A stretch of DNA of 64,000 bases from an uncultured virus (IMG/VR IMGVR_UViG_3300046750_000723). Its lineage: Duplodnaviria; Heunggongvirae; Uroviricota; Caudoviricetes. Positions within the stretch are counted from its first letter, which is position 1. Every line of letters starts with the position of its first letter. The notes under the pieces were generated by a model. The model had not been told where the DNA came from and made no database searches. It saw nothing but the letters and a program-made list of their open reading frames with translations. Position numbers and translations under genes: made by a program. Of this stretch, positions 13,026 through 23,162 are shown one piece after another. The stretch lies in the IMG/VR virus record IMGVR_UViG_3300046750_000723; one strand, given 5' to 3'.

Positions 13026-14147
13026 ATGGGATTAATTGTAAGGGTATTTGATATTGTTTCACCTAATGACTTTGATTTAAGTATTGGGTTGTCACCTTAT
13101 GGACCGTTTACAAAATTAGATGGACCTAGACCTGATAATTCTTGGCCAAACTCTACGGACAGAGACTATAGAACTGAACCAATTTATATTGGTGACAATG
13201 AACCCGAAGTGGTTAATGGTATACCATCATCATCAGAAGTAATATTTTATGATTTAGAATTTGACACCGAATTTTGGTTGAAAATGGAGGATAAAGTAAA
13301 CGTTATAGATGTATGTGAGAACAATCAAACACCAAGGTACATTGTAGAAAACATATACATACATGATAGTAAGACATTTGAATGTTACGATAAGATAAAG
13401 TTTAGTGTATCTTATGAATGTGTACTACCACCAACACCAACACCCGAACCGACACCAACACCCGGACCAACTTCGACACCGGGAATAACCCCAACCCCAA
13501 CACCTACATCAATTGTACTTGATGACGAGACCGAAATTAATATATTCTTTGATAATTCGGGGTCTATGAGTGGTACCAAATCCCCGTTAGATACTATGGC
13601 GAGTACGATTCTTAAAGATTGTTTATTACCATTTTATAACAATGACTCAGCACTGTACGATAGTAGGGTAAGAGTTTTAAATATGTCGGAGGAAGGTTTT
13701 TATGAAAGAAGTTACGGTTGTCTATCAACGACTGGTACAACATCATCAATTACTCAAGTTATAAACTTATCATTTCAAGATGAAGGTGCCTCATCTCTCC
13801 ACGGTAGTACTGGGTGGTCTAACACAGACCCAAGAACTTCCACTTTTGATAATGACATGGTACTTTTAAGAAATAACATTGATAATAATCCACTTAATTA
13901 TATTGTTGGAGAAATTTTCCAAGTCGAAACTAGCACTACTGGACAGTTTTTGTCCTTTAGAAATTTATTGGAAGCGGTTGAAAATGGTTTAGGTAATTAT
14001 AGTGGTGTTAATGGATTATCTGATAAAAGTCAAATACATAATACCTACGGTGTTACTCCATCGAGTACTCCACAATATTATATGGGACTTATAATTACAG
14101 CGATTAATAATTTAGGTTATAGTATACCTGATTGTACAGAAGAATAA
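13026..14147 (+). CDS. Structural protein with PT linker and C-terminal vWA-like domain
   Basis: INIFFDNSGSM is a hydrophobic strand followed by a DxSxS MIDAS motif, directly after the PT linker. Confidence 0.6.
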   Translation: MGLIVRVFDIVSPNDFDLSIGLSPYGPFTKLDGPRPDNSWPNSTDRDYRTEPIYIGDNEPEVVNGIPSSSEVIFYDLEFDTEFWLKMEDKVNVIDVCENNQTPRYIVENIYIHDSKTFECYDKIKFSVSYECVLPPTPTPEPTPTPGPTSTPGITPTPTPTSIVLDDETEINIFFDNSGSMSGTKSPLDTMASTILKDCLLPFYNNDSALYDSRVRVLNMSEEGFYERSYGCLSTTGTTSSITQVINLSFQDEGASSLHGSTGWSNTDPRTSTFDNDMVLLRNNIDNNPLNYIVGEIFQVETSTTGQFLSFRNLLEAVENGLGNYSGVNGLSDKSQIHNTYGVTPSSTPQYYMGLIITAINNLGYSIPDCTEE

Positions 14148-14148
14148 T

Positions 14149-15411
14149 ATGGGGAGAATAGTAAGACTAAATATTTCGTTAGATAACAGTCATTCATTAG
14201 ATGACTTTCCCGTTGATTTATATTCGGGTTTAACAAGTGGGGATACAACTAATTTAGTGTATGCGAATATAGTTAGTGAGGATATACCACTTGATTTAAT
14301 GTTTGAGGATAGTGATTTAAATATTAGTAATGACCCTAATAATCCTTTCGTACCGCACTGTTATATGAGAATATCGTCTGACGGATGTTACGATGAAATA
14401 ATAAAATTGGAGGTACCAAGGGTAGATTGTGAAATATGTGTGGATTTTCAAGAAATCATACCAGAACCAACACCCACTTCAATACCACCAACACCTACTT
14501 CAATACCACCAACACCCACTTCAATACCACCAACGGCAACGGAAGGACCAACACCCACCCCAACACCGACATTACCACCTGGACCTACACCTACTCCAAC
14601 AAGTACACCTACTCCAACACCGTCATCGACACCAGGTGAAAGAGGATGTAGGTTTGTATTTGTACCTGATACTATTAGTACAACAGGGTACGGTTTAGAT
14701 TATGTTCAAAATGGGGTTATAATACTTACACGATTCACTGATATTGCCGGTCAATCGACGACTTATGATGGTGTGGTCGGGACAGTTTTCGGTGTGTGTA
14801 GTGAAACTTACCCACTATATTATGATTTCGATGGTGGGCAAGGTGCAATAACTGACCCGATTGGTGTGGAAAGACCACCAAATGGGGGTAGTTGTAGTAT
14901 TAATAAGAGTTGTATATATACACCCCCAACTCCAACCCCAACAAGTACAGATACACCAACAACATGTAATGAGTACTCATTATATATGACAGGACAAGGT
15001 GAAACGTCTTCACAATGGGAATGGACGACCTGTGGAGGTTCAACCACGACATGGACAAATGTGGGTTCTAACTATAGGGTTGTATGTTCAGAAACAACAC
15101 CGACATTAAATTACGGTGATGGGTTCAGTTTACTTAACGGAGATTGTGGTAATTATACGGTAAGTAGATGTACTGACGGACAACAATTTACTGTTGCTAA
15201 AAATAAGAACTGTATGACAGGTACACCACCAACATATAGTGTTGGAGATGTTATCCAATTCAAACAAATGAACGTTACTAACGGTTCGTGTTATGGTGAG
15301 ACCTATTGTGGTACTATTACCGCCACGGACTCAAATACACCACATAACGCGTTAGCAAGTAGGAACGCAACAGTTGATGATTGTAATGATACAACACATT
15401 GTGGTGAGTAG
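14149..15411 (+). CDS. PT-linker, Cys-rich modular structural protein
   Basis: ORF track; PTPTSIP x3 (21-nt tandem repeat near 14467-14530); Cys-rich modules shared with neighbouring ORFs. Confidence 0.6.
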   Translation: MGRIVRLNISLDNSHSLDDFPVDLYSGLTSGDTTNLVYANIVSEDIPLDLMFEDSDLNISNDPNNPFVPHCYMRISSDGCYDEIIKLEVPRVDCEICVDFQEIIPEPTPTSIPPTPTSIPPTPTSIPPTATEGPTPTPTPTLPPGPTPTPTSTPTPTPSSTPGERGCRFVFVPDTISTTGYGLDYVQNGVIILTRFTDIAGQSTTYDGVVGTVFGVCSETYPLYYDFDGGQGAITDPIGVERPPNGGSCSINKSCIYTPPTPTPTSTDTPTTCNEYSLYMTGQGETSSQWEWTTCGGSTTTWTNVGSNYRVVCSETTPTLNYGDGFSLLNGDCGNYTVSRCTDGQQFTVAKNKNCMTGTPPTYSVGDVIQFKQMNVTNGSCYGETYCGTITATDSNTPHNALASRNATVDDCNDTTHCGE

Positions 15412-15459
15412 TTTTAGAATGAGGATATATTTATATAATAAGAATTAAAAAATCATAGA

Positions 15460-17046
15460 ATGGCAAGAAAGTTTACAGTAACATTAACTAGTGGAACCGA
15501 TCAAGGTCCCTATAATATATACTACGATACCGTATCCGTAGGAACACTTGCAGATCTATTCGGTACATCAAATAAAGCGGAGAATCTAACACTATCCCAA
15601 GTACAATCTGGTGTAGTAATAGAAGTACCCGATAATGCAAATAGTATCATATTCTTTAATACTAATCCCGATGTTGCAACCGACTGTCCAACAAATACAG
15701 AAATTTTTAATTTAACATCCCAACCAACACAAACACCCATACCAACATATACTCCGGTACCAACAGAAACACCAACACCAACACCTACGGATGAGGTCAC
15801 ATGTCAATGTTATGAGTTTATTAACGCAACTACCAATGCTATTTCATATACATATACTGATTGTAGTGGCACAAGTATAGAGGCGGTTTCCGACAAAGAA
15901 CCATGGACATTCTACGTATGTGCTCAAAGTATAGACAGTGTTACTAATAGTAAATTAACATATAGTCTTTACGGTTCATGTTCTGAAGGGGTTTGTGATA
16001 ACATGCCAACACCAATACCAACATATACACCGGTACCAACAGAAACACCGACACCTACACCTACTCCAAGCCCAACGGCAGATAATGTACAGATCAGAAA
16101 TCTAAAATTTGCACACTGTAATACGGTAGAGACCTCACCTGTTAGTGAAGAGGTGGGTACTCAAGCTGCTGGAGGACCATCAGAACCACCTATTTACTTA
16201 ACTACAGATGAATATGGGTCTACACCAACGATAGGGGATACAGTATATGTAAGACTTGATGGTGAGACTAATAATAAATGTTATGAATATATAGGAATAG
16301 AAACAGGGGCTAATGTATCTCTCACTATAATTAATACTTCATGTGTATGTCCGAGTTTAGAACCAACAGAAACACCAACACCAACACCTACAGAAACACC
16401 AGCACCTACAAGTATAGAGGAACCATGTGTTGATATAGAATTTAATGGAAAAAGTGAAACCGTAGGTGGTACTGTTACATATGAAGATTGTGATGGTAAC
16501 ACACGTACTTTAACGGTACCTGGTGGAGATAGTATACCGGCACCTACATGTGTTAGAAATAATTCGTGGACGTACAGTATTCCAGATAACTTCACACCTG
16601 CAACATTAGTAGTAGGAGATTGTGGTAATTCTAATGGATCAGAAGTAACACCAACACCAACAGCCACAAGTAGTAAAGGTGACGTAGGTGGACCAATCGG
16701 AGCGAATGAGTACTACCTCAGTTCGGGTAGATCAGTTTCGAATGATTTCTGTCAAGCACCAGGTTACACCGCCACCAGAGCAATAACATCTTCCGCCACA
16801 TCTATTGGTAATATGTTGAATACTACAGTATATGATGATGGAGATCCAATTGTAGGTAACCCATTACTATTTTATTTTGTATCTGAAAGCCAAGGTGAGA
16901 ACTCAAATGAGACAGTTGGTAATCCACAATACATAAACATTAGTGAACAGGGGGTTGTAACAGACGTAGGTCAAATGTGTGGTTCAGGGACTGGAGAGAA
17001 TCCTTATAGTGAGCCAATCAATCCTACATCAACCCCGACTGAATAA
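15460..17046 (+). CDS. PT-linker, Cys-rich modular structural protein (N-terminus paralogous to 6104)
   Basis: MARKFTVTLTSGT..YNIYYD aligns with [19 protein letters not shown]; VxVPxxAxSI is also shared. Confidence 0.65.
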   Translation: MARKFTVTLTSGTDQGPYNIYYDTVSVGTLADLFGTSNKAENLTLSQVQSGVVIEVPDNANSIIFFNTNPDVATDCPTNTEIFNLTSQPTQTPIPTYTPVPTETPTPTPTDEVTCQCYEFINATTNAISYTYTDCSGTSIEAVSDKEPWTFYVCAQSIDSVTNSKLTYSLYGSCSEGVCDNMPTPIPTYTPVPTETPTPTPTPSPTADNVQIRNLKFAHCNTVETSPVSEEVGTQAAGGPSEPPIYLTTDEYGSTPTIGDTVYVRLDGETNNKCYEYIGIETGANVSLTIINTSCVCPSLEPTETPTPTPTETPAPTSIEEPCVDIEFNGKSETVGGTVTYEDCDGNTRTLTVPGGDSIPAPTCVRNNSWTYSIPDNFTPATLVVGDCGNSNGSEVTPTPTATSSKGDVGGPIGANEYYLSSGRSVSNDFCQAPGYTATRAITSSATSIGNMLNTTVYDDGDPIVGNPLLFYFVSESQGENSNETVGNPQYINISEQGVVTDVGQMCGSGTGENPYSEPINPTSTPTE

Positions 17047-17123
17047 AACATATTGTTAAATTGTTTTTATCGGTTTATTATTCTCTTTCTATTGTATTTA
17101 TATACATAGACTAAATAGATATA

Positions 17124-19061
17124 ATGGGTAATCTTGTAACGGTTAAAAATAATTATGATAATGGAGTGTGTAGTGGGTTTACCATATATACAGGTACAAC
17201 CTATAATGGACACCCATTTACAATACCACCATCAGCAAACAGTATTGGTTTTCATACATTACCACATACTTTTGATATTGGTTTTTATAGTGGGCCATTA
17301 TATGTCTTTTTAGAACATTGTGATAATCATATTTCACCCCCTCCAAATGAAGACCCAAAAAAACAAGGTGGATTCCAAGTAGTATTAATAGATGTTGATT
17401 GTGAAGTATGTCCACCAAACTCAGATGCAATTAATTGTACAATGGTTGTTAGTTTTGTAGAGGAGACGTTAACGGATTGTAATTTCAGTGTTAGTTTTGT
17501 GGAAGGTTCATACCCCACACCTACGGGTACCCCAACAAGTACGGAGACACCTACTCCCACTCCAACAAGTACGGAGACTCCAACACCTACAAGTACAGAA
17601 ACACCCACACCAACACCAATCGTTGTGTCGGACATTGACGTATTTTTAAATAATGGTAGTTCACCGAGTTCGATTTACTCGTATAACCCTAATACTACGG
17701 TATTAACGTATTTATTTGACTCGACTAACTCATCATATGATATTGCAAACACAAGCAATAAATTATGGGTATATGACGGTGGTGCTAGTACTTCATTGTT
17801 AGAATACGACATAACGTTAAATCCTTTCTCCCAAACCTTCAATAGAACTATAACATCAGTATCTTCAAATTCTGGTTTATGTGCAATTAATGACACCACG
17901 TTAATAAACATTGATGGAAGTGATGTTTATGAGTTAGATATAACAACTAATGTTCCTTCCGCAACACTTAAATGGTCGATGATTACAGGAAGAGTGGTTC
18001 AGGGGGATTATATGTACACCACAACAAATAAATTAATTGTTACCAATAACGGTTATATTACTCAGTATGATTATGCCACTGGAACTGTTGAGGTGGATAT
18101 AGACATAAGCGGAACCATACCAAACGCTTACGGGGTATTCGAATATGGGTCAGGTATATATATAGTCGATGTTGGTGGAGAGATTTACCAAATAATGGGA
18201 ACTTCACCTTATACTTTAACATTGGTAGACGATGTACTATTCACGGTATATGGGGCATCTCAAATCCCTTCAAAAATAACCGAAGATTTTACACCCGTCA
18301 CCGAATCAACATCAACACCAACTCCAACAAGTACGGAGACGCCGACACCTACACCTACTAATACACCAACGCCAAGCCCAACAAGTAGTCCAACACCTAC
18401 ACCTACAAGTAGTCCAACACCCACAAGTACAGAAACACCTACCCCTACTCCCACTCCAACAAGTACGGAGACACCTACACCTACACCAACAAGTAGTCCT
18501 ACACCAATACCTACAGATACACCAATACCGACATATACTCCTATTCCAACAGAGACACCAACCCCAACACCTACAGAAACCTGTGTTGATATAGAATTTT
18601 GTTCGAAGGAAGGGACTGCAGGTTCTGAAGTACAATATGAAGGATGTGATGGTATCACATATAATCTATCTGTACCTGGTGGGGATTGTGTACAACCACC
18701 TAGATGTGTTAGAAGTAATTCATGGATATATAGTAATCCAAACAATATGGAACCTGTAACATTACTACCAGGAGATTGTGCAGGATCACCACCACCACAA
18801 ACAGCAACACCTGTACCGACAGCATTACCGACTTGTGTGTGTATAGAGTTTACAAACATTTCAACTGGTGACAGGGCGGGATATTACGATGATTGTAGTG
18901 GAATATCACAAACAGTGGTTGTTGGGTCATATGCGACGGAAAAGGTGTGTGGAGATGGTAACAACATAACAGTATCGGACCCTAAAGTACAATATCAAAT
19001 AACAGGTAATTGTTTTGAAGGTAGTTGTCCTGATAATGATAGAGTAGAAGAACCCAGATAA
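17124..19061 (+). CDS. PT-linker structural protein with beta-propeller-like central domain and Cys-rich modules
   Basis: The central region has repeated propeller-like strands (YDIA..KLWVYD, GDYMY..KLIV, YITQYDY, IYIVD..GEIYQI). The CVDIEF..PGGD..CVR module is shared with 15460. Confidence 0.55.
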   Translation: MGNLVTVKNNYDNGVCSGFTIYTGTTYNGHPFTIPPSANSIGFHTLPHTFDIGFYSGPLYVFLEHCDNHISPPPNEDPKKQGGFQVVLIDVDCEVCPPNSDAINCTMVVSFVEETLTDCNFSVSFVEGSYPTPTGTPTSTETPTPTPTSTETPTPTSTETPTPTPIVVSDIDVFLNNGSSPSSIYSYNPNTTVLTYLFDSTNSSYDIANTSNKLWVYDGGASTSLLEYDITLNPFSQTFNRTITSVSSNSGLCAINDTTLINIDGSDVYELDITTNVPSATLKWSMITGRVVQGDYMYTTTNKLIVTNNGYITQYDYATGTVEVDIDISGTIPNAYGVFEYGSGIYIVDVGGEIYQIMGTSPYTLTLVDDVLFTVYGASQIPSKITEDFTPVTESTSTPTPTSTETPTPTPTNTPTPSPTSSPTPTPTSSPTPTSTETPTPTPTPTSTETPTPTPTSSPTPIPTDTPIPTYTPIPTETPTPTPTETCVDIEFCSKEGTAGSEVQYEGCDGITYNLSVPGGDCVQPPRCVRSNSWIYSNPNNMEPVTLLPGDCAGSPPPQTATPVPTALPTCVCIEFTNISTGDRAGYYDDCSGISQTVVVGSYATEKVCGDGNNITVSDPKVQYQITGNCFEGSCPDNDRVEEPR

Positions 19062-19114
19062 TAAAATTATTCTATGATATTTATAATTAACATTAAAAAG
19101 CGTATACTTTAATT

Positions 19115-21406
19115 ATGAGTTTCTTAAATCAAAATAATGCAGAGTTCCTGTCAGCGAGATTAACCCAAAAAGGGAGAAAGTCTATTGCAGAAGGGGACTT
19201 CCAAATAAAGTTTTTTCAGGTTGGTGATTCTGAGTTCGATTATACTCAACCCTTTAACCAATTAACTGGTGAGATAGATACACCACAACAAAATGTTTTT
19301 GCACCTTTTGATAAAGATAGTCAAGTAAAGTATCCTTATTTAATGGATAATAACCAAACTACAACGTATGGTGTACCAATAAAGGATTCAATTACTGAAA
19401 CTCTAAGAAATGGAATGGGACCTGCAGGGTTCATAACAGAATATAAAGAGTATGATGAGGTTAATTGTAGTGGTACTACTATAGAATGTGCAACAGTTAG
19501 AATACCTCTAAGTGGGGTTAGTGCAACTAATACGATTACATTTACGGAAACACAGGCATATTTAGATTGTGATAATGGATCGGTTTCTTCTATAGATACT
19601 GATTACTTATCAAGATTTAATCAATGCGAATACATCACCATAGTTTTCAATAATGAATTTGTGAGTGAAGAACAAGTTGTTACAGGAAATTCAACTAGTT
19701 TAGTTTATAAAATTTTAAATATAACAACAGTTACGGGAGTTACAACAACACCTAATTGTGATGAAGTAATAACAGGACAAACAACAATAACTGTTGATAG
19801 GTACACCCCCGATTTTAGTTCAATTAATGGTTATGCTGAAGTCGTTTGTAATAAATGTAAAATAGAACATCCTTTATCAGGAACTACTTCTGAAGTCTGT
19901 GTGTCAAACCAAGTTGATCCAAGTGAACAACATGACCCATGGACATTAAATACTGTTTGGAAGGAATTACCAATAGGTGGTCAGATTGACGATGAAAGTA
20001 TAAGTGGATACACCAGTGCAAAACACATATCCACAATGGAGTATTTAGGTTATGGTACTTCAGAAGGTCAAGTTACAAACACAGGTACAACATATTTTAA
20101 TTCATTTAATGAGGAGATTGTTGTTTCGCCAGAAGAACAAAAATGTATAGCGGTAATCCACTATTCTGAATTAGGTCATGTATTTGAGGATCCTGAAAGA
20201 TTTTTTAAGTATGATGATTACGTCGGTAGTTCCACAGGAACCACAAAAGGTGTATTGGTTGATGAAGAAGTTATTTCAGATGTAGAATTTTTTAATATAT
20301 ACATACCATTTATATATTATGAAAATAGTACGGGAACTACAGTGGGCGCTGAATTTAAAATGGATGTGACGGATTATTTTATGGACTCAACAGTCGCAGG
20401 GACACCTGGAGATATAAGAACCAAATATGTTAAGTTTAGATACGTTTTAGATGAAATAGGTAAAAGAGTTGGTAAAATATTTGTAGATAAGAAAATCATA
20501 GTATTTGATGATCAAGAAATGGTTGCTTTACTAGATTATAGATCTAATAGAAGATATACCTTACCAACACCAAAAGTTTACCATATCCCAAGTGATGGGG
20601 TAGTAGCGGAGTCGTGTTTTTCGGGAACAACTGCACAAACATATTATTTAACATATATGTTGAGTTATGAATCAGGCAATGAATTCCAATTAAACAGTTT
20701 ACCGTGTAATAATTTCTCTAAAGTACAAATAAATATAGTTGATAATGAATGTGAGATTAAGTATCCCGCAAACATAGGATTTAAATGGGGAGGGACAGAT
20801 CACCCAAATAATGTAGGATCATTCCAACACATGAACACAACCTTCAGTGGTTCAACTAAGGGTTATATCGCAAATAAATTATGGGTTTTAGTACAAGAAA
20901 CAACAAATGAGGTTGGTTTGATACCCGACCCTACACAATGGACTAAAATAGATATTACGGATAAGATACCTAATCACGTATCGGGGTTAATAGACCCTAC
21001 TAATCTTAGGGACCATACCTTTGTAATAACACAAAATGATATAGACGGAGGTAACCTATTTGATTTAGAAAATTATTTAAAAGAATTACCAACGGGTACC
21101 GATTATATGGGTAGTCAAGACCCATCTTCTGACCCACAATTTGGAGATGAGCAACCTTTTCCGGGGAGTGTCAAATTAGTTAGATGTACTGACATTGAAG
21201 AAATGAGATTTTTGGTTAATTTACCACATACTCAATGGAATATAACTCAAAACCCAACATATAATAATGGTATGAGATCCAATGAAGAAAGAATTACTGA
21301 AGTGGCCTTACTTAATCAGAATAAAGAAACTTTAGTTACGGCTAAGACATCAACCCCAATTAAGAGGAAGGGGTCTCAAGTCATTTCAGTAAAAATAGAT
21401 TTTTAA
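19115..21406 (+). CDS. Baseplate / tail-collar fibre-attachment-like protein
   Basis: N-terminal LTQKGRKSIAEG..FQVGDSE and C-terminal ITEVALLN...AK...PIKR..VKIDF resemble phage tail-collar/baseplate proteins. Confidence 0.55.
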   Translation: MSFLNQNNAEFLSARLTQKGRKSIAEGDFQIKFFQVGDSEFDYTQPFNQLTGEIDTPQQNVFAPFDKDSQVKYPYLMDNNQTTTYGVPIKDSITETLRNGMGPAGFITEYKEYDEVNCSGTTIECATVRIPLSGVSATNTITFTETQAYLDCDNGSVSSIDTDYLSRFNQCEYITIVFNNEFVSEEQVVTGNSTSLVYKILNITTVTGVTTTPNCDEVITGQTTITVDRYTPDFSSINGYAEVVCNKCKIEHPLSGTTSEVCVSNQVDPSEQHDPWTLNTVWKELPIGGQIDDESISGYTSAKHISTMEYLGYGTSEGQVTNTGTTYFNSFNEEIVVSPEEQKCIAVIHYSELGHVFEDPERFFKYDDYVGSSTGTTKGVLVDEEVISDVEFFNIYIPFIYYENSTGTTVGAEFKMDVTDYFMDSTVAGTPGDIRTKYVKFRYVLDEIGKRVGKIFVDKKIIVFDDQEMVALLDYRSNRRYTLPTPKVYHIPSDGVVAESCFSGTTAQTYYLTYMLSYESGNEFQLNSLPCNNFSKVQINIVDNECEIKYPANIGFKWGGTDHPNNVGSFQHMNTTFSGSTKGYIANKLWVLVQETTNEVGLIPDPTQWTKIDITDKIPNHVSGLIDPTNLRDHTFVITQNDIDGGNLFDLENYLKELPTGTDYMGSQDPSSDPQFGDEQPFPGSVKLVRCTDIEEMRFLVNLPHTQWNITQNPTYNNGMRSNEERITEVALLNQNKETLVTAKTSTPIKRKGSQVISVKIDF

Positions 21407-21455
21407 TCTTTACAATCTCCTTAAATTTACTTATTAATTGTCTATATACATTTAT

Positions 21456-22061
21456 ATGGACAAGAAATTTAAAAATAAACCAAAAATATTAGGGTTAGAT
21501 ATTTCCACAAAAACAATTGGGTGGGCATTATTTGACATAACTGGTTCTCATTTACTTGAGTTAACTCACTTTTCACCTAAGATAAAACCAAAACCCGAAG
21601 ATAAGATAGAAGAACTACTTAAAAAGGCGGATGGTTTTAGAAAACACTTAGAAAACTATAAAGATATTGGTATTACTAAGGTCATTATCGAAGAACCACT
21701 ATTAAATTCAAACAATGTTTACACGGTAGGTACTCTACTTAGATATAATAGTATGATTCTTTTATCATGTTTTGATGTCTTAGGTATTGTACCAACTTTT
21801 ATATCAACATATAATGCAAGAAAATTTGCATTCCCCGATCTAGTGGGTAAAAACACAAAGGGTAGAAACGTATTGTTTGGGGGTTACCCTAAAACCATAG
21901 ATAAAAAACATGTGGTATGGGAGCACGTAAATGATTTATTTCCTGAAGTCGAATGGCCACTCGCAAGGACAGGTAACCTTAAAAAAGAAAACTATGACAT
22001 GAGTGATGCGGCCACTGCGGTTATAGGATACATAAATAAAATAAAAAGTGAGGGGAAATAA
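21456..22061 (+). CDS. RuvC-like Holliday junction resolvase (RNase H fold)
   Basis: ILGLDISTKTIGWA, IIEEP and DMSDA acidic motifs. ATG 21456 is preferred over TTG 21438. Confidence 0.75.
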   Translation: MDKKFKNKPKILGLDISTKTIGWALFDITGSHLLELTHFSPKIKPKPEDKIEELLKKADGFRKHLENYKDIGITKVIIEEPLLNSNNVYTVGTLLRYNSMILLSCFDVLGIVPTFISTYNARKFAFPDLVGKNTKGRNVLFGGYPKTIDKKHVVWEHVNDLFPEVEWPLARTGNLKKENYDMSDAATAVIGYINKIKSEGK

Positions 22062-22104
22062 GAAAGGGACTTTACTTTCTTAATAAAATTACTTATATTT
22101 ATTA

Positions 22105-22193
22105 ATGAAAAGAGAAAACGGGGCGTATAGGGTTTATTCCTTATACGTTGGTTGGTTGTCCCCAGGGAGTGGTGTTCCTGGGGACTTTTTTTT
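22105..22193 (+). ncRNA. Candidate structured small RNA (two hairpins, the second a terminator)
   Basis: GC-rich island in an AT-rich intergenic region. Hairpin 22122-22149, hairpin 22158-22185 then T8, with promoter-like motifs at 22071-22103. Confidence 0.4.
22158..22193 (+). terminator. Intrinsic terminator
   Basis: GTCCCCAGG...CCTGGGGAC is a perfect 9-bp stem followed by TTTTTTTT. Confidence 0.85.
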
Positions 22194-22220
22194 GTCATTT
22201 ATTTTTCGTATATTATAACT

Positions 22221-23162
22221 ATGATGACCCAAGAAGTAGATTTTATACCGTTAGTTGATGTTCTCCACGATATATTTGGTGACAGTAGATCACACAATGA
22301 TGCGAGGGGTCAAATTACGTTCGATTGTCCCGTATGTTCACATGATGTAAAGGGTTTAGATGAAGGTGATGGTAAAGGTAATTTAGAGATAAACTATAAA
22401 ATGTTTGTATATAAATGTTGGGTTTGTTCTGAAACCCACCACACACACGGACATTTAAATAGGTTAGTTTACAAGTATGGTAGTAAAATACAAATTAGAG
22501 ATTTCAAATTATATAGTCCTGATGAATTTGTATATCGGGCAGATAAAAAATTTAAAAAATTAAGACTACCTAAAGAATTTATAGAATTTTCAGAGGCGAG
22601 TACAGGTAGAAAATTGACACACCAATATAAACGAGCATACAATTATTTGAGGGGTAGAAATATAACCGATGAAATGATTAAAAAATACCGAATTGGTTAT
22701 TGTGACAATGGTTTATATGAAAATAGGGTAATTATACCGTCGTACGATGAATACGATGACATAAATTATTTTGTTGCTAGGTCTTTTACAAGGTATAGTA
22801 GGAGAAAGTATATGAATCCCCAAGCAGATAAAGATAATCTAATATGGAACGAACATTTGATAGATTGGGACAAACCCGTTTATATTGTTGAGGGGGCATT
22901 TGATAGTTTATTTTTAGAAAACTCTATACCAATGTTAGGTAAGTTCATTACCGATAATTTATTGGAAAAAATATATGATAACGCAAATAAAGTAACCATT
23001 GTTTTGGATGGGGATGCGTGGTCAGATACTGTAAAATTATACCACAGAATGAATGTGGGAAGACTCATGGGTAAAATATGGGTAATAAAATTAGACTCAG
23101 ATAAGGACATTGCCGATATGGGTGGTGACTTATCAAATCACAACGAAACACAATTAGATTAA
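22221..23162 (+). CDS. DNA primase (Zn finger + TOPRIM)
   Basis: CPVC...CWVC zinc finger; RVIIP; VEGAFD and LDGD TOPRIM motifs. ATG 22221 is preferred because the track start 22152 lies upstream of the terminator hairpin. Confidence 0.85.
   Translation: MMTQEVDFIPLVDVLHDIFGDSRSHNDARGQITFDCPVCSHDVKGLDEGDGKGNLEINYKMFVYKCWVCSETHHTHGHLNRLVYKYGSKIQIRDFKLYSPDEFVYRADKKFKKLRLPKEFIEFSEASTGRKLTHQYKRAYNYLRGRNITDEMIKKYRIGYCDNGLYENRVIIPSYDEYDDINYFVARSFTRYSRRKYMNPQADKDNLIWNEHLIDWDKPVYIVEGAFDSLFLENSIPMLGKFITDNLLEKIYDNANKVTIVLDGDAWSDTVKLYHRMNVGRLMGKIWVIKLDSDKDIADMGGDLSNHNETQLD

Noticed and set aside
22152..22220. N-terminal extension of the primase given by the ORF track
   Set aside because: It runs through a strong terminator and a promoter-like element; ATG 22221 is more plausible.
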